From Burkholderiales bacterium (GTDB taxonomy: Bacteria > Pseudomonadota > Gammaproteobacteria > Burkholderiales > Casimicrobiaceae), in contig JBBSEG010000001.1 in assembly GCA_038239945.1 (NCBI GenBank), positions 9,836-73,835 of the forward strand: a DNA stretch of 64,000 bases. Reading direction: 5' to 3'. Position numbers and translations under genes: made by a program. Under the pieces are notes generated by a model. That model was not told the DNA's origin, searched no databases, and worked only from the letters and a program-made list of their open reading frames with translations. Each line of letters opens with the position of its first letter. Positions within the stretch are counted from its first letter, which is position 1. This document shows, in pieces, positions 57,954 through 64,000 of this stretch.

Positions 57954-58861
57954 TACGGTCGGCGCACGATCGACACGCCGGTCAGCTTCTCCTGTGCCTC
58001 GAGCAGCGACGGCACGTACTTGTCGCCGAAGCCCAGCGCGTTGGCGGTGACCAGGCTCTGGTGCACGGCCTCGCCGATGATCGACGGCAGCATCATCGAC
58101 TCGGTGAAATGCGTGTAGTAGCGCAGGTCCTTCGCGGCGTTCGCGAGCGTGAACTTCAGGCCGGTCAGGTCGCCGCTCTCGAGCATCTTGCCGAGCACGA
58201 GCTGGAACAGGCCGGAGTTGACCGCGCCGGCGGAGATCACCGCATGCAGCTTGTGCAGCGACAGCCCGGACTTGACCGCCGCCGCGCACGCCTCAGCAGT
58301 GGCCGTGCAGATGGCCTGCGCGATGAAGTTGTTGATGAGCTTCAGTACCAGCCCGTGCCCCGCGGGACCGGCGTGGATGACATTCTCGCAGAATGCCCCG
58401 AGCACGGGCTTCAGCTCGTCGAAGGTCGCATCGTCGGCGCCCACCATTATGTTGAGCCGGCCCGCCTCCGCCTCCACCGGCGTGCGTGCGAGCGGCGCGT
58501 CCACGAAGCGCACGCCTTTCGGCGCGAGCAGGTCGCGCATCCGCGTGGTGGTCGAGGGCTCGCTGGTGGACGTGTCGATGACGACCAGCCCCGGCTTGGC
58601 GGCCGCCGCGATGCCGTCCGCGCCGAACATCACCTCCTCGACCTGCGGAGCGCCGGTGACGCATAGGAAGACGATGTCGGATGCCGCGGCGAGCTCGGCA
58701 TAGGACGCGGCCTCGCGCGCCCCGGCGGCCACCAGGTCGACCGCAGCGGCGCGGTTGCGGTGCACGCGCAGCGTGAGCGGATAGCCTTTGGTGACCAGGT
58801 TCTTCGCGATGCCGTGGCCCATCAGGCCGATGCCGACGAATCCGATGCGGGGTTGCCCCAT
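57953..58861 (-). CDS. NAD(P)-dependent beta-hydroxyacid dehydrogenase family protein
   Basis: GFVGIGLMG, IDTST, FVDAP, LKLINN, AAKDL. Confidence 0.88.
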   Translation of the reverse strand: MGQPRIGFVGIGLMGHGIAKNLVTKGYPLTLRVHRNRAAAVDLVAAGAREAASYAELAAASDIVFLCVTGAPQVEEVMFGADGIAAAAKPGLVVIDTSTSEPSTTTRMRDLLAPKGVRFVDAPLARTPVEAEAGRLNIMVGADDATFDELKPVLGAFCENVIHAGPAGHGLVLKLINNFIAQAICTATAEACAAAVKSGLSLHKLHAVISAGAVNSGLFQLVLGKMLESGDLTGLKFTLANAAKDLRYYTHFTESMMLPSIIGEAVHQSLVTANALGFGDKYVPSLLEAQEKLTGVSIVRRP

Positions 58862-58894
58862 GTGCGGCTCCTAGTGGTGATTGGGAAAGACGCT

Positions 58895-59791
58895 TCACTC
58901 CGCCGCGACGGGGCCGGGCATGCCGCCGCGGCGGCGGCGCTCGTGCAGCGTCGTCAAGAGCCCGCTGCCAGCGATCACGGTCATGCCGACCAAGGTGAAT
59001 GCGTCGGGAAAGTCCCCGTACACCAGCCAGCCGAGCAGCATTGCCCAGACGAGCTGAAGGTACGTGAAAGGTGTCAGCGCCGACGCCGGCGCGTGGCGGA
59101 AGGCCAGGATGAACAGGAAGTGGGCCACGGTGCCGAGCAGCCCACCCATGACGACGAGCGCGACGTGCTCCCATGGCATGGCCGGGGGCCAGTCGAACGT
59201 CGGCGCGAGCACCGTGAGCACCAGGGCGCCGAGCAGCGCCGGATAGAAGAGCAGCACGCGCGGGTTCTCCCGCGCCATCACGCGCGTCAGGATCTGGTAG
59301 AGCGCGTAGCAGCACGCCGCGCCGATCGCGTACAGAGAGCCCTCCTGGAACAGGTCGCTCCCCGGGCGCACGATCATGATCATGCCGGCGATTCCAGCGC
59401 CCACGAAGGCGATCCGGCCGCGGGTGATGCGCTCGCCGAGAAACGCCGCCGCGAGCAGCACGACGAGCACCGGGGACGAATAGTTGACCGCCGTGGCGTC
59501 GGCCAGCGGGAGCAGGCGCAGCGCGTTCACGAAGGCGAACGACGACGCGAGGAGCAGCGCCGAGCGCACCACCTGGAGCGGCAGCCGGGACGTGCGTAGC
59601 ACGCGCAGGCGCATGGTGGGGCCGAGCCATACGAGCAGCGCGACCAGCTGCACCATGTAGCGGGCCCACAGCAGGATCGACACCGGGTAGAGCCGGGTCA
59701 GGTACTTCATGATCGTGTCGAGCAGCGTGAAGCACAGCACCGATCCCACGATCAGCAGCACCGCGGAGGTCGGGACGGGGGTGTGGCGCAC
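58895..59791 (-). CDS. DMT/EamA family transporter
   Basis: About 10 TM helices; LPLADATAV, FLGE, APASALTPFTYLQL; start uncertain; TAGAAT at 59866-59871. Confidence 0.88.
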   Translation of the reverse strand: MRHTPVPTSAVLLIVGSVLCFTLLDTIMKYLTRLYPVSILLWARYMVQLVALLVWLGPTMRLRVLRTSRLPLQVVRSALLLASSFAFVNALRLLPLADATAVNYSSPVLVVLLAAAFLGERITRGRIAFVGAGIAGMIMIVRPGSDLFQEGSLYAIGAACCYALYQILTRVMARENPRVLLFYPALLGALVLTVLAPTFDWPPAMPWEHVALVVMGGLLGTVAHFLFILAFRHAPASALTPFTYLQLVWAMLLGWLVYGDFPDAFTLVGMTVIAGSGLLTTLHERRRRGGMPGPVAAE

Positions 59792-59950
59792 GGGAGGGTG
59801 CCGGCCGGCGCCTTGAGCGCGCGAAAAGGGGGAGGACGGCCGATGCGAAAGCGTGGCCGCACCGCATTCTAGCGCGCTCCGGTCTGCCGATGGCCCGGCC
59901 CGCAGCACCCATGAAGGTGAACCGCCGTGCCTTCGCCGGGTCCTACCGAT

Positions 59951-62005
59951 ATGACCTCACGCGTACGCAACGCCGGCCTCGTCCTCCTGCTCGTCGCGGC
60001 GCTGGTGGCGGCCTTCCTGGCCTGGTTCGACTGGAACCGGCTGAAGCCCTACGCGGAGCGCAAGGTCTCCGAGAAGACCGGCCGGGAGTTCCGGATCCTG
60101 GGCGACCTGCACGTCCGGCTCTCGCTTCACCCGCTCATCGAAGCCGACGGCCTCACGCTGGCGAACGCCGGCTGGTCGGCCAACCAGCCGATGCTGTCGA
60201 CCGGCCATGTCGCGTTCCGGATCAGCCTCTGGCCCCTTCTGCACGGCGAGGTCGATCTTCCCGAGGTCACCGTGGCCGAGCCCAAGGTCGTGCTCGAGCG
60301 GCGCGCCGACGGCGAGCGCAACTGGATCTTCGACCAGAAGCAAACCGGCGCATCGAAGCCGCCGCGCATCGGCCGGCTCGCGCTCGACCACGGCACCCTC
60401 GCGTTCCACGACGTGAAACCCGACACGCATATCTTCCTCGACCTCACGACCTCCACGGGCACGGACGTCAAGGACCGGCTGCCCACGGCATTCTCGGCGC
60501 GCGGGCAGCTCAAGGGCCTGCGCTTCACCGCCAAGGGCCGCGCGGGCGACGTCATCTCCCTGTCCGACGATGCGTCGCCCTTCCCGATCGCGGGTGCCGT
60601 CGACCTGGGGACCACCCATATTTCGGTCGACGGCACGATCACGGGCATCGCCGTGTTGTCGGTTGTCGACCTCAAGTTCGACCTGCGCGGCGACGATCTG
60701 TCGGCGCTTTATCCCCTGCTCGGCATCGCCTTGTTCCCCTCCCCGCCCTACAAGCTCGCGGGCCGGCTCGTCAAGTCGGGCACGCAGTGGGAGTTTCGTA
60801 AGTTCGAAGGGCAGGTCGGGGACAGCGACTTAGGCGGTGACGCGTCGTACGATACCGGCGGCGCGCGCCCGCTCCTCAAGGGCGAGCTGGTCTCGCGCGT
60901 GCTCGACCTGCGCGACCTGGCCGGCCTCATCGGCGCGCGGCGCGCGGGCAAGCCCGAGGACGCCCCCGCCGAGCGCGCGCAGAAAGCCGCGTCCGCGCAA
61001 GCGCAGCGCGACCGGATACTTCCCGACCAGGCCTTCCGGCTCGATCGCCTGCGCGCGATGGACGCCGACATGAAGTTCACCGGCAAGTCGATCCGCAACA
61101 AGGAGCTGCCCGTGGAACACCTGACCGGGCACGTCAAGGTCGACGGGGGCGTGATGACGCTCGACCCGCTTGATTTCGCAGTCGCGGGCGGCACGGTCGG
61201 CGCACGAATCGTGGTCGATGCGAAGGGCGAGGTCCCCACGGGAACGGCCAAGGTGTCGTTCCGCAAGATGCAGCTGCCGAAGCTGTTTCCCGGTTTGACG
61301 CTCACGAAATCCAGCATTGGCAGCATCGGCGGCGAGATGGACCTCAAGGGCCGCGGCACGTCGGTTGGCGCCCTGCTCGGCTCGTCCAACGGGCGCTTCG
61401 CGCTCGCGATGTCGTCGGGCGAGATCAGCAACACGCTACTCGAGGTGATCGGTCTCGACGGCGGCGAGATCATGAAGTTCCTGTTCACGGGCGACCGCAA
61501 CGTGCCGCTGCGCTGCGCCGTGGCCGATTTCGGGGTGAAGGACGGCGTGATGAACGCCAATACGTTCGTGTTCGACACCACCGATACGATCGTCAACGCG
61601 GAAGGTTCCATGAGCCTGCTCGACGAGACACTCGCGCTCGAGCTGATGCCCCAGCCGAAGGATCCGAGCATCTTCAGCCTGCGCTCGCCGCTCCATCTCG
61701 AGGGCACGTTCAAGCACCCGAAGGTGCGTCCGGACAAGGCGCTGGCGGCGCGGGTGGGCGCCGCCGTGGTACTGGGCACGCTCCTCACTCCGCTGGCGGC
61801 GCTCATCCCCCTCATCGAGACGGGTCCCGGGCAGGACGCCAACTGCGGCGCGCTGCTCGCCTCGGTCCAGGGCGCGGTGGCGAAGGCCGGGCCAGCGACG
61901 CCTGCCAGTCCCAGGGTCGCCGCCGCGGGGAGTGGCCCGCCCGCCTCCCCCGCCGCGAAAGCCGCGGCAAAGAACCCTCGCCCGGCGCCTTCGGCGGCGC
62001 GCTGA
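59951..62005 (+). CDS. AsmA family protein
   Basis: N-terminal TM, FDWNRLKP, LERRADGERNW, GDSDLGG, FAVAGG, RCAVADF, TLLTPLAALIPLI. Confidence 0.9.
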   Translation: MTSRVRNAGLVLLLVAALVAAFLAWFDWNRLKPYAERKVSEKTGREFRILGDLHVRLSLHPLIEADGLTLANAGWSANQPMLSTGHVAFRISLWPLLHGEVDLPEVTVAEPKVVLERRADGERNWIFDQKQTGASKPPRIGRLALDHGTLAFHDVKPDTHIFLDLTTSTGTDVKDRLPTAFSARGQLKGLRFTAKGRAGDVISLSDDASPFPIAGAVDLGTTHISVDGTITGIAVLSVVDLKFDLRGDDLSALYPLLGIALFPSPPYKLAGRLVKSGTQWEFRKFEGQVGDSDLGGDASYDTGGARPLLKGELVSRVLDLRDLAGLIGARRAGKPEDAPAERAQKAASAQAQRDRILPDQAFRLDRLRAMDADMKFTGKSIRNKELPVEHLTGHVKVDGGVMTLDPLDFAVAGGTVGARIVVDAKGEVPTGTAKVSFRKMQLPKLFPGLTLTKSSIGSIGGEMDLKGRGTSVGALLGSSNGRFALAMSSGEISNTLLEVIGLDGGEIMKFLFTGDRNVPLRCAVADFGVKDGVMNANTFVFDTTDTIVNAEGSMSLLDETLALELMPQPKDPSIFSLRSPLHLEGTFKHPKVRPDKALAARVGAAVVLGTLLTPLAALIPLIETGPGQDANCGALLASVQGAVAKAGPATPASPRVAAAGSGPPASPAAKAAAKNPRPAPSAAR

Positions 62006-62093
62006 CCCGTTGCATCGGGCCGCCACGGGCGCGGCCCGGCGCCATCGGCGCGCGCATAATCGCGCCTCGATCCTGCCGGAACTGCCCATCGCC

Positions 62094-62543
62094 ATGAGCC
62101 TCCTCCTGCGTCTTCTGATGCTGCCCGGCCGCCTCGTTCCGGCCGCGCTGTTCGCGCTGGCCACGGCGCTGGCCGTCCCGTCGCTCGCGCAGGGTGCGGC
62201 CGAGAATCACGTCGTGATGCAGGTGAGCGACGCCGACCCGGCGAAGTGGAACCTCGCGCTCAACAACGCCCGCAACCTGCAGGCGGACCTGGGTGCAAGC
62301 CACGTCGACATCGAGATCGTCGCCTACGGCCCCGGCCTCGCCATGCTCAAGCTCGACTCCGCGGCGGGCGGGCGCATCGACGAGGCGCACTCGGCAGGCG
62401 TAAAGCTGGTGGCGTGCGAGAACACCATGCGCGGGCTGCAACTCACGCGTGCGGACATGCTGCCCAACCTGGACTACGCGCCGGCCGGAGTGACGCACAT
62501 CATGAAGCGCCAGCAACAGGGCTGGGCGTACATCCGGCCGTAG
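62094..62543 (+). CDS. DsrE family protein, exported
   Basis: Signal peptide; VAYGPGL, VACENTM, GWAYIRP; CATAAT -10-like element at 62055-62060. Confidence 0.85.
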   Translation: MSLLLRLLMLPGRLVPAALFALATALAVPSLAQGAAENHVVMQVSDADPAKWNLALNNARNLQADLGASHVDIEIVAYGPGLAMLKLDSAAGGRIDEAHSAGVKLVACENTMRGLQLTRADMLPNLDYAPAGVTHIMKRQQQGWAYIRP

Positions 62544-62551
62544 GGTCCGCG

Positions 62552-62625
62552 TGGAGCGGGTGAAGGGAATCGAACCCTCGTCGTAGGCTTGGGAAGCCTC
62601 TGCTCTGCCATTGAGCTACACCCGC
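62552..62625 (-). tRNA. tRNA-Gly (CCC)
   Basis: GCGGGTGTAGCTCAATGGCAGAGC-AGAGGC-TT-CCC-AA-GCCT...GGTTCGATTCCCTTCACCCGCT-CCA; TAGAAT upstream at 62634-62639. Confidence 0.96.
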
Positions 62626-62735
62626 GCCCGGCGATTCTACCGCGCAGGATTGCGTGGGCATGGCCGGCGAATATTCGGTGTGCCGGCGCGCTCGCGCAGG
62701 GATAACATGCCGTTCCCTTACGAGAAGGAGTGGCG

Positions 62736-64000
62736 ATGGCCGCGAGCGCGCGTCGCTGGCTCTTCCGCGCGGCGTGGGTCCTGCTTGCGGTCGCGCTGGT
62801 GCTGCCGCTGCCCTCGCCGACCTCCGGGTCGGGAACGATCACCGCGCTGACGCTCTACGACAGCGCGCCCGCGTGGAGCGACGCCGCCGCCGGCGCGCCG
62901 CTCGACCCCGGCTTCCTGTACGACGCGGCGCTCGCGCTCGCGCTGTATCTCCACGTACACGCTCTACCTTCACGCCGACGGGCGGCTGGCGCCTGGCTGG
63001 AAGGTGCTGGCCGTGGGCGCGCTCGGCGTCGCGACGTTCGTAGCGGTGGTCGCCGGCGCGCACGTGCCACTGCTCCACGACCTGCCCGCCCGCTGGGCGT
63101 GGCTCGCCTCGATCACCCTGCTCGCCGCCGGCTATCTCACGCCCGCGCCCGCCGCTGCAGGCAGCGCCCAGGAAATCGCGCGGGTGCGCCGGCTAGCGGC
63201 AGCGACGGATCGCGGCGACGTGCCCCCGGTGGTGTGGACGCTGCTCGCCTTCACCGTGTTCTGGATCGGCGTGAGCGCGATCGACCATGCGCGGGCGGGC
63301 GATACCCGCAACGTGGCGTTCACCCTGCCGCTGACCGACTTCGTCAACGATCGTGCGCACGTGCTCGACGTCGCGACCCAGCAGCGGCTCGCCGCCATGC
63401 TGCAGAAATTTGCCGAATCGACGCCGAGCCAGGTAGTGGTGGCGATTTATCCTCGCGCGCCGGATGGTGCGATCGAGGAATTCACGATTCGCACGGTGGA
63501 GCGTCTGCCGGTCGGCCGGGCGGATCTCGGCAACGGCGTGCTGCTGTTCGTGTTCATGGCGGAGCGGGCGGCGCGGCTCGAGGTGGGATACGGACTCGAG
63601 GGAACCCTGACCGACGTGGCCGCGCACGAGATTCTGGAGCGGACGCTCGCGCCGGCCTTTGCGCGCGGCGCGTATGCCGAAGGCCTCAAGGCCACGCTGC
63701 AGGCCGTCATGGCGACTGCGCAGGCCGCGGACCGCGACAACCGGCTCTCCGGGACGATCGGGCTCGCGGCTCGCAAGCTCATCTCCGGTCCGCCGTTCTT
63801 CGAGCGGCTGGGACATGCGATCCGCGATGCGACGCTGCTGAGGCGCATCGGCGTGACGCTGCTGTGCACGTTCATCGGGTTCGCGCTCGCTTCCACGGCG
63901 GGGCAATGGGCCGGTCTGGCGCGCGACATGCGCCGCGGCGCCGGCAACCTGATGACGGGGCGCAAGGCAGCGGAGGGCATGGAGAAGGTCGATGTGGGCG
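62736..64000 (+). pseudogene. Membrane + TPM domain protein with apparent frameshift near 62952 (3' end outside window)
   Basis: AAGGAG RBS and ATG 62736; hydrophobic protein-like sequence up to ...LALALYL; continues in the +1 frame (TYTLYL..., DFVNDRAHVL, GNGVLLFV, RLEVGYGLEG). Confidence 0.65.

Noticed and set aside
62552-62625. tRNA-Gly as an integration site for a genomic island
   Set aside because: No integrase and no duplicated tRNA 3' end found in the window; the 3' end abuts the DsrE gene.

Overview
High-GC bacterial DNA, most likely a betaproteobacterium (split MetH, BktB-type thiolase, birA-coaX-SPOR-like arrangement); the taxon is inferred, not searched. Many ORF-track entries are off-frame or antisense shadows, so I re-called starts from overlapping stop/start codons and protein motifs. 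Left to right: (1) a multi-PAS diguanylate cyclase cut by the window edge; (2) a proteobacterial dedicated sortase system (response regulator, histidine kinase, VIT-vWA target with LPQTAT, class GN sortase); (3) housekeeping and accessory genes (aminotransferase, orphan family-5 SBP, YihY, cupin, bktB); (4) the main find, a co-oriented block at about 15.3-37.8 kb. It joins an unusual type II fatty-acid/polyketide module (ICMT-like methyltransferase, two paralogous exported Ser-hydrolase-like proteins, a condensation-fold acyltransferase, FabL-like reductase, FabG, oversized ACP, tandem hotdog dehydratase, an intact KS, a KS with Cys-to-Ser, LpxO-like hydroxylase) to an ABC-exported glycan locus (Wzm/Wzt, a ~1645-aa methyltransferase/coiled-coil/GT2/WbsX-like protein, GT4, two more methyltransferases, HddA/HddC), followed by a convergent double-GT2 gene; (5) a ~1070-aa exported beta-propeller/FG-GAP protein; (6) core metabolism (cdd, split metH, rhodanese, TPM proteins, coaX, birA, hppD, hisN-like, DMT, AsmA, DsrE), tRNA-Gly(CCC), and a frameshifted TPM gene running off the right edge. 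I saw no CRISPR array, rRNA, transposase or integrase.
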